From Wolbachia endosymbiont of Onchocerca ochengi (GTDB taxonomy: Bacteria; Pseudomonadota; Alphaproteobacteria; Rickettsiales; Anaplasmataceae), in NCBI RefSeq assembly GCF_000306885.1, contig NC_018267.1:870001-902000 (forward strand): a stretch of 32,000 bases of DNA, in the 5' to 3' direction. The notes beneath the pieces were generated by a model that was not told the origin of the DNA, searched no databases, and saw only the letters and a list, made by a program, of their open reading frames with translations. Positions 1-11,613 of the stretch are shown piece after piece (positions within the stretch are counted from its first letter, which is position 1; every line of letters begins with the position of its first letter). The translations under genes were made by a program, and so were the position numbers.

Positions 1-240
1 GAATTATCTGCAGGTGGAATACCAGTTTGGATTGATGATAAACCTAAGATTGCTCATAATAAAATAATAATCATTGATGATCAAAGAGTCATCACAGGAT
101 CATTCAATCTTAGTAGAACAGCTGAAAAAGGTAATGCCGAGAACCTACTAATTATTGAAGACTATCCTGAACTAATTCAACAATATGTGAAAAACTGGGA
201 AACACGACAGTCTCAATCTTACAAATATACTTTCTAGGTA
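1..240 (+). CDS. Phospholipase D/nuclease family protein, C-terminal part (5' end outside window)
   Basis: Frame 1 is open from the window edge to TAG at 240: ELSAGGIPVWIDDKPKIAHNKIIIIDDQRVITGSFNLSRTAEKGNAENLLII... with a complete HKD motif (HNKxxxxDxxxxxxGSFN). Confidence 0.85.
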
Positions 241-334
241 CTGCCAAAAAGTAGATATTTTAGTTAATTAATGTAATAATAATGTCAAAGATTTACTATG
301 CATCTTTTTCATGAATTCTACTACTTCCCAAAGT

Positions 335-643
335 TCAAACCTGTTTTATTATATTCATTATGTCCTTGTTTAACAATTGATACATCGTTTTTACACTATA
401 ATTATCAATTTCTATATTCTCCAATATTGTAGCTTTTACTAATAATAAACCTTTTACAGCTTTTTCCTCCTTTTTTATCAACCCTATTATAGTTGACGAG
501 ATTTTACCTATTTTTTCATTAAAAAAATTCCTTGAACTTTTTTGATTAATAAACTGCTCTTTTTCATTATGTAGGCTACTCACTTTTTTATTAAATTTAA
601 GAAACTTACATTCTCTACAACATTTTCTTAACCTAACAAACAT
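335..643 (-). CDS. Hypothetical protein, possibly a relic
   Basis: 102 aa ORF, Lys-rich, no recognised family. Confidence 0.3.
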   Translation of the reverse strand: MFVRLRKCCRECKFLKFNKKVSSLHNEKEQFINQKSSRNFFNEKIGKISSTIIGLIKKEEKAVKGLLLVKATILENIEIDNYSVKTMYQLLNKDIMNIIKQV

Positions 644-681
644 GGTACTAAGACCTATATATAATCTAACTTTAAAAAAGT

Positions 682-2073
682 CTACTTAAACATTTTTTTT
701 AACTGATTAATTTCATCAGCAAAATTTGAGTCAGTCCTTATAAAATTTTCTATCTGTTTTACTGCATGTATAACAGTAGCATGGTCTCTACCACCAAAGC
801 TCCTTCCAATATCTGGAAAACTTTTTTGTGTAAACTTTTTAGCAAAATACATAGCTACCTGCCTCGGCCTTACAAGAGCACGGAGTCTTCTATTAGAGTG
901 CATATCTGCAACTTTTATATTAAAAAACTCAGCTATCTTTTTTTGTATTTCTGCTATTGTAATTGGCTTATGATTTGATCTAAGAAGATCTGCTAGAGTT
1001 TCACTGGCTGATTCTACTGTTATACTTCTTCCGATCAATGAAGTATGGACAACTTTATTTAAGGCTCCCTCTAATTCTCTTATATTAGATTTTATGTTTT
1101 TTGCTAGAAATTCTAGGACATCATCTGGAACGTATATATTCATTTGTTCCACCTTGATCTGCAATATACCAAGTCTTAATTCAAAAGTCGTTTCATTAAT
1201 ATCTGCTACCAACCCCCAACCAAGACGGGATTTTATTCTCTCCTCTACTCCGTCAAGATCACTAGGAGATCTATCAGCTGATATAACCAATTGCTTATTT
1301 TGGTCTATCAATGCATTAAAAGTATGAAAAAACTCTTCTTGCGTACTATCTTTACCACTAATAAACTGCACATCATCTACCATCAATACATCTACCGATC
1401 TAAATTGTTCTTTAAACAACATGATATCTTTACTCCTTAGTGCTGTAATATATTGGTACATGAATTTTTCCGCTGATAAATATACTACTTTTCTTTTTGC
1501 TGGAAGAGAATTGACTATGTACCAAGCTATAGCATGCATTAGGTGTGTTTTACCAAGCCCTACCCCGCCATATAGAAACAAAGGATTGCTACCTGATATT
1601 GGATCTATTATAGACTCTGCCACACGTTTCGCAGCTGTAAACGCTAGCTCATTTGGCTTTCCTACTACAAAGTTATCAAAAGTAAATCTCGGATCCAGTG
1701 GTGAACCAAGGCTATGATTATTACTCTCCTCCTTACTCTTTGCTATAGCATTAGAACTTAAATCCTTTTCCTCCCCGGTTACTCGAATATCAATAGAACG
1801 TATATTTTTATCCTCACTTTGCCATAAAGATAGTATCTTCTCCATATAATGAACTGTAATCCACTCCTTTATAAACCTTGTTGGTACAGATAACAAAACT
1901 TCTTCATTGCTACTACTGACAAATCTAAGTGAACTTAGCCAGCTGTTATATGTCGCCTTCCCATAAAGATTATAAAGACAATTCTGGATTTTTTCCCAAG
2001 TAACATTGTGATCTGTTACTGTAACAACTTGGTCAAAAAACATAGCAGAAACCTTAGAGTTAATTAAGCTCAT
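682..2073 (-). CDS. dnaA: Chromosomal replication initiator protein DnaA
   Basis: 463 aa; Walker [24 protein letters not shown], and C-terminal DNA-binding signature [16 protein letters not shown]. Confidence 0.98.
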   Translation of the reverse strand: MSLINSKVSAMFFDQVVTVTDHNVTWEKIQNCLYNLYGKATYNSWLSSLRFVSSSNEEVLLSVPTRFIKEWITVHYMEKILSLWQSEDKNIRSIDIRVTGEEKDLSSNAIAKSKEESNNHSLGSPLDPRFTFDNFVVGKPNELAFTAAKRVAESIIDPISGSNPLFLYGGVGLGKTHLMHAIAWYIVNSLPAKRKVVYLSAEKFMYQYITALRSKDIMLFKEQFRSVDVLMVDDVQFISGKDSTQEEFFHTFNALIDQNKQLVISADRSPSDLDGVEERIKSRLGWGLVADINETTFELRLGILQIKVEQMNIYVPDDVLEFLAKNIKSNIRELEGALNKVVHTSLIGRSITVESASETLADLLRSNHKPITIAEIQKKIAEFFNIKVADMHSNRRLRALVRPRQVAMYFAKKFTQKSFPDIGRSFGGRDHATVIHAVKQIENFIRTDSNFADEINQLKKMFK

Positions 2074-2392
2074 ACACTACACCAAGAAAAAAAGTAAATA
2101 ATCAGAAAAACAAAAGGTAATCAATAATTTTGTTGCAAAGTGAAAAGCTAACACTACTCAATACACACTAAAAATTATGGTGATTTTTGATGAGTTGTAA
2201 AGGGTATAAAAGCACTAAAATTAAATCTTATTTTCTTTCAATAAATGAACTCCACTTATCCTTAAGTGCTTAGCAGTGTACTAAAAAAACAATAATATAT
2301 CATATATAAATATAGTATTGAATGTATTGGCAAAAAAGTAAAGTGCCAGTATAAATATAACTAACTTAATATAAACTTACTGAAATAAATTC

Positions 2393-3121
2393 ATGAATAT
2401 ATTAAGTAATCTAAACTATTATATTCAATTTGGTATTGAGCTAGAATTTTATATCGAAGGAATAGAGAAAGAGTGCTTATTTCTCAGTAATGCTAAAGAC
2501 AAAATAGCCTTACTTGGTTTTTTCTGTGAAAAAGAGACCTCTATACACCAATATGAGATAAAAAGTAGTTGTTATACGAACTTTAATGACTTAATTAAAC
2601 ACTTTGAGTTAGTAAAGGGATTAATTACTGAAACAGCACAAAAACTTGGTGGTAATACTTCCTTTAAAGCAAAACCTTACTTAGACAGAGCAGGTAGTGC
2701 ATTAAATGTGCATGTTAACTTAGTTAATTTACATAACAGCAACTTATTTTATTGCAGTGAACAAAAGTACAGTGATTTCTTGATTTATAGTATTGGTGGA
2801 TTATGTGCTATGATGAAAAAAGATATGTTATTCTTTGCTCCTAACAATGATTCATATCTCAGATTTCAGTACCCAGATATTCACACCCCAACTACAGTCA
2901 GTTGGGGTGTGAATAATAGAACTGCTGCGATTAGGACTTTAAGTTCCAGCAGTAAATGTCGCTTAGAACACCGCGTTCCCGGAGCAGATTGCAATCTTGA
3001 AAAAGTACTTATAGCTATAATTGAAGGTATCATTTTTGGGATAGAGAATAAAATCATCCCACCAAATAGAGTATACGGAATTGCATCTGACCCCCAGTAT
3101 AAGATGGAAAGTTTAATATAA
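2393..3121 (+). CDS. Glutamine synthetase-like catalytic-domain protein, short/possibly truncated
   Basis: 242 aa; FGIELEFYI, GSALNVHVNL and NNRTAAIRTL...CRLEHRVPGADCN resemble GS catalytic-domain motifs. It ends immediately after DPQYKMESLI, where a typical GS continues. Confidence 0.65.
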   Translation: MNILSNLNYYIQFGIELEFYIEGIEKECLFLSNAKDKIALLGFFCEKETSIHQYEIKSSCYTNFNDLIKHFELVKGLITETAQKLGGNTSFKAKPYLDRAGSALNVHVNLVNLHNSNLFYCSEQKYSDFLIYSIGGLCAMMKKDMLFFAPNNDSYLRFQYPDIHTPTTVSWGVNNRTAAIRTLSSSSKCRLEHRVPGADCNLEKVLIAIIEGIIFGIENKIIPPNRVYGIASDPQYKMESLI

Positions 3122-4179
3122 GTCTCAACCATTTTACTACCATATAGGTATTATATTTACTTAAAAAATAAACTAATTAAATCATATTTTTAAATATTTT
3201 ACATACTGTCATGTTAAACACATTTCTTTACTCCATCTTTTCCACTTATTGCTTATTGTTTCTTTTAATTCTTCGTTATACTGTAAAGATAACACCTGTC
3301 TTCTATATGTAAGTTAAACATTACATTTAAAGATGTCTACCGGACAAACCTTTTACCATTCACTGTAATGTCATACGCTGACTATGTTTACATTTACATC
3401 AGTTTTTCAAAAAGCGCGATTTTTTTCCCTTTCAAAAACTCTTTAATTTTTCCCTCAGCTACTCTACGAGTTACTTCTAACTAATTTTTTAATACCACTC
3501 CCTCTTCTTTTAGTTTACTAAACTCTTTCTCTAACCTTTCTCATAATTTTTGATTTTCTAACTCCAGTCTGTTACGTACTATAAAGTAATTTCTGTTTAA
3601 ACTAACAAATCATTATCAGTAGTAGAAGTAAGATTACTACCAACATACTTTTAGATATGACATCAAACAATAATATAGAATTAGATCCTTTACTTTTTAT
3701 TAATATCATACACTTTTTTATTAATTTTTTATCTTCTCTTGACAATAAGGCATGATTCTCACCTCATTTATAATCATAATTCAAGTTAAAACCACCTTCT
3801 TAAACATATCTTCGACAAGTCAATTTTTCGTTTGATAAATAATATGCTCTTCTTTTAATTTATGATTTCTCTTCTCACTTTTTCAATAAGTGTTACCACA
3901 ATAGACACCCAACCCACCAACATTTCTTTCTTGCTATAAAATAGCACTAACCTTAATCAGCTCACTTCTATTACAGCCAATAAAGATTAGCACTGAAGAT
4001 TTTATCTACTTTAAAGTTTCTTCATAGTAAATTCAAAAAACTACTTTTCTAATACCTGCTTGTAACTTCCCACTTTTTTTACTAATTCTATCTAATTACC
4101 TACACTTTCTCAAAAAGTCCTCACTTTTCCATTTATTATTCTAATTATATACTTTTATTTAAAAATTTTATTGATTATT

Positions 4180-4513
4180 AGATTATAAACACACCACTCA
4201 AGATTTTTTTAATATAGTAGTGAAGCTCTTTTTGTTTTTCATAAATCATCAAAGGAGGATCTTGTCTACTAAATTTTGTTGTGTAAAATCTTCTACTATC
4301 CCACTCGCTCAATAACAAACGTAATTCTCCATAATTGATAAAGCCAGGTGTTATATAAAAATCTTCTGCAAGATTATAATGCTTTTAGTTCTTTCCCATG
4401 CAAAGACCCACTCTCTCCTATTTTCACCAATACTACTCATAAGTAACTTAATATTATCATAATCTACCTTAAGCTTTTTTGCATCATTATATTCAGTAAA
4501 TATAATTCATTAT
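4180..4513 (-). pseudogene. Unidentified decayed coding fragment in two frames
   Basis: Reverse-strand frames give FTEYNDAKKLKVDYDNIKLLMSSIGENRREWVFAWERTKSII... and, after a frame change, EDFYITPGFINYGELRLLLSEWDSRRFYTTKFSRQDPPLMIYEKQKELHYYIKKIL. The composition is protein-like with a frameshift between. Confidence 0.4.
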
Positions 4514-4907
4514 TTAATTTTAACAAGTTGTTTGTCCCATTTGAAATAAGAACTACTCTAAAGTATGAAACAAGATCATCTTCTAAAAAGATTACTTACT
4601 TTTTCCACACTCACTGCTTTACTTTTCTCTACCTCATTAGTCACAGCAAATAACCTACCTCAAAATAAACAATCATACTTTAAAGCTAACAAACCTTCTT
4701 TATATTAACTTTGATTATAAATCTTAACTAAGTTGAAAATAACTACAAGTGTTAAACTTGAATTTAACTCTTTCACTCCTCTCCACATACTAAATTAACC
4801 ATTGCTATAAATTTATAGCACAAAGCCATTTTAACTAACAAACTCACACTAAAGGTAACACAAATACTTTTTCGTTAAACAAGCAATTTTTACTGGGTAG
4901 TAGTTAA

Positions 4908-6215
4908 TTAAGATATAAGAACTCTTTCAGAAAGTTTAAAATCCCTAAGCTTAATAACATCCTCCCTTTTTGGACTGGTTGAAATTAAATGAATTGGCAC
5001 ACCTATTAATTCCTCTACTCTTCTTATATATCTTATTAAATTTGTAGGTAACTCTTTAACCAACCTTTTGCCCTGAGTTCTTTCTTTCCAGCCAGGAAAT
5101 TCTTCATATATTGGCTCTAATTTTCCCTGTATTGCATGTGATGCAGGTAAATAATCGTACACCCTTCCATTGTACTCATAACCAGTACATATTTTAATTC
5201 TATCAAAAGAATCAAGAATGTCTAGCTTAGTTAATACAACACTTGAAACTCCAGAGAGTTGTACTGCTTGACGTACTAAAACTGCATCAAACCAACCGCA
5301 GCGTCTTTTCCTATTACTTACTGTTCCAAGCTCCTTACCTATAGAAAATAAGCTATCTCCTAGTTCATTTTTTTGTTCAGTAGGAAATGGACCGTTGCCT
5401 ACTCTTGTAGTATAAGCTTTTGCTACACCGATAACATAAGCATTGGAAGAGAATCCTGAACCTGTTATTGCTTGCGATGCCACAGTATTGCTTGAAGTAA
5501 CAAAAGGATATGTCCCATGATCAATATCTAAAAATGTGCCTTGAGCGCCCTCAAATATTATTTCCTTGCCTTCTTTTATGAGATCGTTCAATATTCTCCA
5601 TACTGGTTTCTTATACGGAAGAATTTTTTTTGAGACTTCTTCAATTTCCTTTAATATTTCCCCTTTTTTTGCTACCTGACAGCTTAAGCTCCTTCTGATA
5701 GCATTGTGGTAACTTAGAAGAGTATCAATCTTTCCATTAAGCTCATCTGTATTTTCTAAGTCGCAAAGGCGTATAGCTCTTCTTCCAACCTTATCTTCAT
5801 AACATGGTCCTATTCCCTTGTTTGTTGTGCCAATTTTATGATTCCCGTTTAAATTTTCAAACAACTTTTCCTTGTCCTTATGTACACTGAGTATTAATGG
5901 GCAGCTTTCAGAAATCATCAAATTGTTAGGGTTAACATCTATTCCTCTAGTTTTTAATAACTCTATTTCTGAGATTAGGGCATGTGAATCAAGAGCAACA
6001 CCGTTTCCTATAATGGATATCTTGCTTGTCCTTAAAATAGCAGAAGGCAGCAAATTTAATTTATAAACTTCACCATCTACTACTATAGTATGCCCTGCAT
6101 TATTTCCCCCCTGGAATCTAACAACCACACCAGCGTTCTCAGAAAGATAGTCTACCATTTTACCTTTTCCTTCATCACCCCACTGTAAGCCGACAATTAC
6201 AATGTTATTCATCAA
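4908..6215 (-). CDS. purA: Adenylosuccinate synthetase
   Basis: 435 aa; QWGDEGKGKMVDYL, GGNNAGHT, GTKLDILDSFD-like region, full-length colinear protein. Confidence 0.98.
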   Translation of the reverse strand: MMNNIVIVGLQWGDEGKGKMVDYLSENAGVVVRFQGGNNAGHTIVVDGEVYKLNLLPSAILRTSKISIIGNGVALDSHALISEIELLKTRGIDVNPNNLMISESCPLILSVHKDKEKLFENLNGNHKIGTTNKGIGPCYEDKVGRRAIRLCDLENTDELNGKIDTLLSYHNAIRRSLSCQVAKKGEILKEIEEVSKKILPYKKPVWRILNDLIKEGKEIIFEGAQGTFLDIDHGTYPFVTSSNTVASQAITGSGFSSNAYVIGVAKAYTTRVGNGPFPTEQKNELGDSLFSIGKELGTVSNRKRRCGWFDAVLVRQAVQLSGVSSVVLTKLDILDSFDRIKICTGYEYNGRVYDYLPASHAIQGKLEPIYEEFPGWKERTQGKRLVKELPTNLIRYIRRVEELIGVPIHLISTSPKREDVIKLRDFKLSERVLIS

Positions 6216-7996
6216 TACCTTCTGATCAACATGTAAATATTAATGCAGTACACTACAAATGACAAGGATAAAATAAACCTACTACTGCATAGCTATATAA
6301 TAAACTTTTAGTAAAGTGTATTTAAAAATTTCTCGACAAATTGTATAGCCCTTTTATCATAAAGCTGAAGGTATTTAATTATCTCTAATTTCTGCAGACT
6401 AAAACAACAAGAAACTCTCATCTCAATGTTGAATAAAATACTTAGAGTTTCAAAATCCAGAAAGATACCTCTTATATAGAATCTACAAAAACTGATAGTT
6501 TATTGTATAAAAAACAATAAAGATCTTCATATAGAAACAACCTGCATGTGGAAGTGGCGAAAAAGCTCAAAATTTCTTGATAGAAATTGCTATAGAATTA
6601 ACTTCCGTTGATAGAAAAAATCAACGAGCAAGAACCAAACCTGCTGATAATCTTTCTTCTACTGAAATAAAACTGTGTAATAGATATTTGATAAAAAATT
6701 TTTCATAAAATCTCCAAAAGCAGCATTTCAACCAGTTATAGCTAGCGTTAGTATAATATTATTACAAGCAGCATCGTATTGTACATCGTAGAAGTGCATA
6801 TACATATAGTATAAAAACAGTTACATGAAAGCTGATCAGCTCTCTTAGACTTTACATTGTATATTGCCATAAATACTAATCTCGAAAAAGTAGAAGACAT
6901 CGAACAATTTACTACTCACCTTTTTTGAACCCAACATAGTATAGTATGGTTTATTGAACACTCTTTTTTCATAAAAAGACTCTAAATTTTCTCTTCATTT
7001 CTCTGGGCAAGATTACAAATAGCTATTTAATAGAGCTAATATTATATGCTACTTTATCTTCCAGAACACTTAATTTAACACTAGACTTTGATCTCGTATA
7101 TTCAATGTCACTTAGAGTAATAAGTCTAATTGTCAATGCAGTAGCTATAGTTATACTAACTATAGTCAAAAATATTGATAATATTACATAAAGTATCTGT
7201 AATTATCTTTAATTTTTTAAAAAATAATCAACTCCCCGTAATAATCTTCATCATCATGAATTACAAAAAAAACAAACATTGATACTTACGCAGTAGAGCT
7301 AAGAATTTCAGTTATATCTAAATTGATAAAAATAACTTACAGTAAATCATTTTTTAGAGCGTTTCTACAATATGGTGAGCTTCTTTTTTATTTTCTTTAA
7401 TCGTCTTAATAGCTCTCCTAATTATATATTTTTCTGTTAGTGATAACTTTGCTCTAGTAAACAGTACATACAATGATTTATTGTACCAATCCTTTTGTCC
7501 TTGTGTCAAACTTTCATAATCAGGCATATAATTTTCGTATTAAAAACAACATAATTTAATTATTGTACGATTTATATAAAAAGTTAGCAAATTATAAATT
7601 ATAGGCGACAGATTTTATACTTAAAAAGTATTATACATGTCGTCTGTTATGGTTACTATCTATCCGTAACAGAAAAACGAAAAATACTTTACCAGCGTTT
7701 AGTAACTCTCCGCAGGACTGTTAAAATCTCTTTAATTGCTGTAATGAGGAAAATCATCGTTTATTTAAATACCACAACAAAAAATAATAACCTTTATCTT
7801 GATACTTAAACAGTAGATCTATATGCTAGGCACTGTAATCTAAATGCAGTCACTTAATTAAAATTAAGTTTTCCGTATTTTAGGTATCAGCTATTCTTAT
7901 GAAAGTATTTTCACTTCAATATTTATATATTAATCACACTTTTGAATAAATACCTTTTTATCTTAGTTAGGCTTTGACTACCTCTCGTTATTAGGC

Positions 7997-9187
7997 TTAA
8001 GAATACTTTTTAGTATATTCAAGTAAACAGTATATAAGAACTGCAGTTGTAGAACATGCAATTGTTAACAGTGCATTTGACAAAACGCAGTAAGAAAAAA
8101 ACTTCCCTATTATATATATTCCGATAGCTCCGAACATCATATTACAAAATGAGAGAACTCCACTGCCAAGTCCTATACCTTTAATTGTTTCCAAAGCAGA
8201 AGTTACATTATTACTTATTACAAGTGCAAGACCTATATTACTTGGAATCCAAATAATTTGAAGAACAAACATACTTAATTTGTTTATAGAGTAAAAATAC
8301 GCCAATAAACTCTCAGGTATTATTGGCAATATTAAACCTATTATTAACATTCGGCTAACACCTATTTCTGGCACACACTTTCTATTAACCAAAGCTCCGA
8401 TTATGAAAAATATAACTATGATTGATATGAAATAACCGAAATACTGTACTTCAACACCAATAGACTCAAATATGAAAGGGTAGTTAGCAACATACGCCCA
8501 AAGCCACATAAAAGTTAATCCATGAATAGCCGAAAATCCAAGAAAACGATAATTTCTAAACATCGATATATATTGCTTGAAAATATCAACAAGCAAATTA
8601 GCTATACTAATTTTATTTTTACTTACAGCAAGTGTTTCTTGTAACTTAAAGTAAATAAAAATAAGCATAATAATTGCTGCTAGTGATATAATAAGAAACA
8701 AAAATTTCCAGTTATATCCGTGTGAAATTATATAACTACCTACCACTGGTGCTATTCCAGGTGAAAGTGCTACCACCATATTTAATTTTGAAATCATCCT
8801 CGAATACTCACTACCTGAGTATATATCTTTTATTGCTGCATACCCAACAACACCTGTAACACCAGCTCCTATTCCTTGTATAAAGCGAATTAGTATTAAG
8901 AGCACAATATTATTAACCATACAACACATAATACTCGCCAAAGTAAAAACTGTCATACCAATTAGCATGATCGGACGCCTACCATAATAGTCAGATAGCG
9001 GACCATAAATTAGTCCAGATATCGCAAATCCAACTAAGTTTAAGCTAATAGTAAGCTGCACTACACTGCCTTCTACCTTAAAATGATTAGCAATACTCGG
9101 TAATGCGACTAAATATAGGTCAGTTGCTATATCGGCAATTGCTACAGATAGTATCATGATAAGAGAGATAATATTTTGTATTGCCAC
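7997..9187 (-). CDS. MFS transporter, Bcr/CflA drug-resistance family
   Basis: 396 aa, about 12 hydrophobic segments; DxxxxALPSIANHF, GPLSDYYGRRPIMLIG, RFIQGIGAG motifs. Confidence 0.9.
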   Translation of the reverse strand: MAIQNIISLIMILSVAIADIATDLYLVALPSIANHFKVEGSVVQLTISLNLVGFAISGLIYGPLSDYYGRRPIMLIGMTVFTLASIMCCMVNNIVLLILIRFIQGIGAGVTGVVGYAAIKDIYSGSEYSRMISKLNMVVALSPGIAPVVGSYIISHGYNWKFLFLIISLAAIIMLIFIYFKLQETLAVSKNKISIANLLVDIFKQYISMFRNYRFLGFSAIHGLTFMWLWAYVANYPFIFESIGVEVQYFGYFISIIVIFFIIGALVNRKCVPEIGVSRMLIIGLILPIIPESLLAYFYSINKLSMFVLQIIWIPSNIGLALVISNNVTSALETIKGIGLGSGVLSFCNMMFGAIGIYIIGKFFSYCVLSNALLTIACSTTAVLIYCLLEYTKKYS

Positions 9188-9413
9188 TTAATTGCTTCGC
9201 TGAGCTACAGAAGCTTTATTATAATAAATTTTCCTTAATCAGTACATTAGTTTATCACTACTAGAACTGAAGATAGCTATTCGAAGGATAACTTTGCCTA
9301 AGAAGAAGTGGAGAAAAAGAAAAGAGTTTTCTCTGAGATAAAGAGTCAGCTTAAACAACAGAAGTAAAGAAACACTGAAATTCACCTCAGTCAAGGTCTT
9401 TGACATATAAATC

Positions 9414-10571
9414 TTACCTAAACCCCATAGCGTAATGAATAAAGCGTTTTTTGAGGAAATTTGAATTTTCAACTACCATTAAGCCAAGATTTCTCAGTGT
9501 TTTAGTGCAAAATACTCTATTAGAAAAGATCCTATTTAACCAATCAGTTGCAAGCGCCATAGTAAAATTATCACAATATCTATCACATGAAATTTTTTTC
9601 AATAAATAACTACTACCAATGTCAATACCATATGCTTTTACAGCAGTTATTTGCTTTATAATACTTTCTATATCTCTAATTCCAAGATTAAGTCCTTGAC
9701 CTGCAACAGGATGAATCAAATGTGCTACATCACCGATAAGCAAAACTCTGCTTTTATACAATCTTTTCGCAAAAGCAAAACTCAAAGAATAAGATTTTCT
9801 TCTACCCTCTAATCTAATTTCCCCCAAATAAGAGCCAAATCTTTTTTTGAGCTCTATGATAAATTCTTCTTCAGCTAAGTTCATTAGCATTTTAGAAACT
9901 TCAGATTTTTCTGTCCAAACTATTGAAGAAGTATGGCCACCCTTCATTGGCAAAATTGCGAACGGACCACCAGGAAAAAACCGTTCTACAGCTAAATTTT
10001 GGTGATTCAATTCATGTTTTACATTAAATACTATGCTATTTTGCTTGTAATCAAATTTCATTACCGGTATAGAAAATAACTCCGGTAATTTAGAGTTTTT
10101 ACCCTCAGCACAGATAAGTAACGACGATATTAATTTCTGGTCATTATCGAGAATAACCTCTACATATCCTGCATCACAAATAATTGTCTTATAGGAAAGT
10201 GGAGAATATATGTTTAGCTTTTTCAAAAAATTATTATTGATTGCATCCCATATAGCAGTATTGCTGATAACATAGCCCATTGGTTCTTCACTAACTATTT
10301 TATGATCATAATGTACAGTAACCGGACTATTTTCATCTAGTATGAATATATCAAGTATAGGTTCTGCTTCACTTTCTATGATCTGCCAAATTCCTAATTT
10401 TTCCAATATTTTTCTCGAACCTTGAGAAATAGCAAATACTCGATTGTCATTAATTACATGCTGTAGATTACTTTTTTCAATCACAGCTACGGATACAGAG
10501 TTATTGCTGAGACCAATGGCAGCAATAAAACCAAGTAACCCACCACCTGAAATAATTATATCATAATTCAT
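9414..10571 (-). CDS. UbiH/UbiF/Coq6-family FAD-dependent ubiquinone biosynthesis hydroxylase
   Basis: 385 aa; N-terminal GGGLLGFIAAIGL dinucleotide motif, RVLLIGDVAHLIHPVAGQGLNLGIRD signature. Confidence 0.9.
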   Translation of the reverse strand: MNYDIIISGGGLLGFIAAIGLSNNSVSVAVIEKSNLQHVINDNRVFAISQGSRKILEKLGIWQIIESEAEPILDIFILDENSPVTVHYDHKIVSEEPMGYVISNTAIWDAINNNFLKKLNIYSPLSYKTIICDAGYVEVILDNDQKLISSLLICAEGKNSKLPELFSIPVMKFDYKQNSIVFNVKHELNHQNLAVERFFPGGPFAILPMKGGHTSSIVWTEKSEVSKMLMNLAEEEFIIELKKRFGSYLGEIRLEGRRKSYSLSFAFAKRLYKSRVLLIGDVAHLIHPVAGQGLNLGIRDIESIIKQITAVKAYGIDIGSSYLLKKISCDRYCDNFTMALATDWLNRIFSNRVFCTKTLRNLGLMVVENSNFLKKRFIHYAMGFR

Positions 10572-10623
10572 TTGCTGACCTTTAAATTACATCCTACCTA
10601 CTTTAAAAAAGTTTAAACAACCT

Positions 10624-11613
10624 TTATAGATTGCATATAAAAGACCCCATATCTTTAGCAATGTTTTTATAAATCTTCATCAAATTCTCACTTAACATCA
10701 GGGGATTTCCACAATCAGAAGCACTGCATATCTGTGGATCTAAAGGAACTCTGCCCAAGAGCTTTATTCTTAATTCCTCAGATACTTTTCTTATGCCACC
10801 TTTTCCAAAAACATACATTTTTGAGTTACCTTGAATAAAATAACTCATATTTTCTACAATACCAATAACTGGTACGCTGAGCTTTGTAAACATGTCGTAA
10901 ATTCTACGGGCCTCAATCAAAGCAAGCTCCTGCGGAGTTGAAACTATCACCGCTCCAGTTAAGTTAAAATTTTCCATCAGACTTAGATGTACATCACCAG
11001 TTCCAGGTGGTGTATCAATTATTAAATATTCTATATCCAACCATTTCGTTCCCATTAGCAAATTGTAAAGTACTTTTGTGACCATGGGTCCACGCCATAT
11101 TGCTGCACGATCTTTATCAATAAAATAGCTAATTGAAATAGTATGTAACCCATACTTTTCTATAGGTATTGCTTTGCCATCCTGTATTTTCGCCTTTAAT
11201 TTTTCAGCACCAAGCATTTTAGGAACTGAAGGACCATATATATCTGCATCAACTAATGCAACTTTATGTTTCAATTTTACTAATGAAAGAGCAAGGTTTA
11301 TTGCAACTGTAGACTTACCTACTCCTCCTTTACCAGAAGCTACAACAATTATATTTTTTACCCCATCAATATGTAGTTTAACTCTCTGCTTTATAGCTTG
11401 TTTTTGATTAGTAGCAACTATAGTCACCTTTCCTACCCCTAGTATGGCCTTAACAATTTGCTCACAACTTTTTCTCAATTCTTCATTCGGTGTTTGCATG
11501 TCACCAAAAATTTCAAGAACAAAACTAACATTTCTACTACTATTAATAAGAATTGAGGATACTATACCAACACTTTCCTCTACTATGACTTTTTTTAAAT
11601 TCTCTTTTACAAT
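10624..11613 (-). CDS. mrp: Mrp/ApbC-family Fe-S cluster carrier P-loop ATPase; ORF track starts it at 11499, the coding frame extends upstream
   Basis: GKGGVGKSTVAINLALSL deviant Walker A, DADIYGPSVPKMLG, DTPPGTGDVHLSL. Upstream in-frame IVKENLKKVIVEESVGIVSSILINSSRNVSFVLEIFGD continues a MIP18/DUF59-like N-terminus. Confidence 0.92.
   Translation of the reverse strand: MVKENLKKVIVEESVGIVSSILINSSRNVSFVLEIFGDMQTPNEELRKSCEQIVKAILGVGKVTIVATNQKQAIKQRVKLHIDGVKNIIVVASGKGGVGKSTVAINLALSLVKLKHKVALVDADIYGPSVPKMLGAEKLKAKIQDGKAIPIEKYGLHTISISYFIDKDRAAIWRGPMVTKVLYNLLMGTKWLDIEYLIIDTPPGTGDVHLSLMENFNLTGAVIVSTPQELALIEARRIYDMFTKLSVPVIGIVENMSYFIQGNSKMYVFGKGGIRKVSEELRIKLLGRVPLDPQICSASDCGNPLMLSENLMKIYKNIAKDMGSFICNL

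Noticed and set aside
766-1717. Plus-strand ORFs 766..978, 1094..1327, 1421..1717
   Set aside because: Antisense shadow ORFs lying inside the well-supported dnaA gene.
2881-3132. 83 aa minus-strand ORF
   Set aside because: Antisense to the glutamine-synthetase-like gene and lacks any motif.
5872-6066. Antisense ORF in purA, and similar ones in mrp (11174), cca (13021), ychF (16096), glpX (17637) and the C26 gene (27571)
   Set aside because: Each is fully inside a recognised gene on the opposite strand with no independent evidence.
9239-9472. 77 aa minus-strand ORF overlapping the end of the UbiH-family gene
   Set aside because: Low-complexity Leu/Phe-rich peptide overlapping a confident CDS. 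Likely chance.
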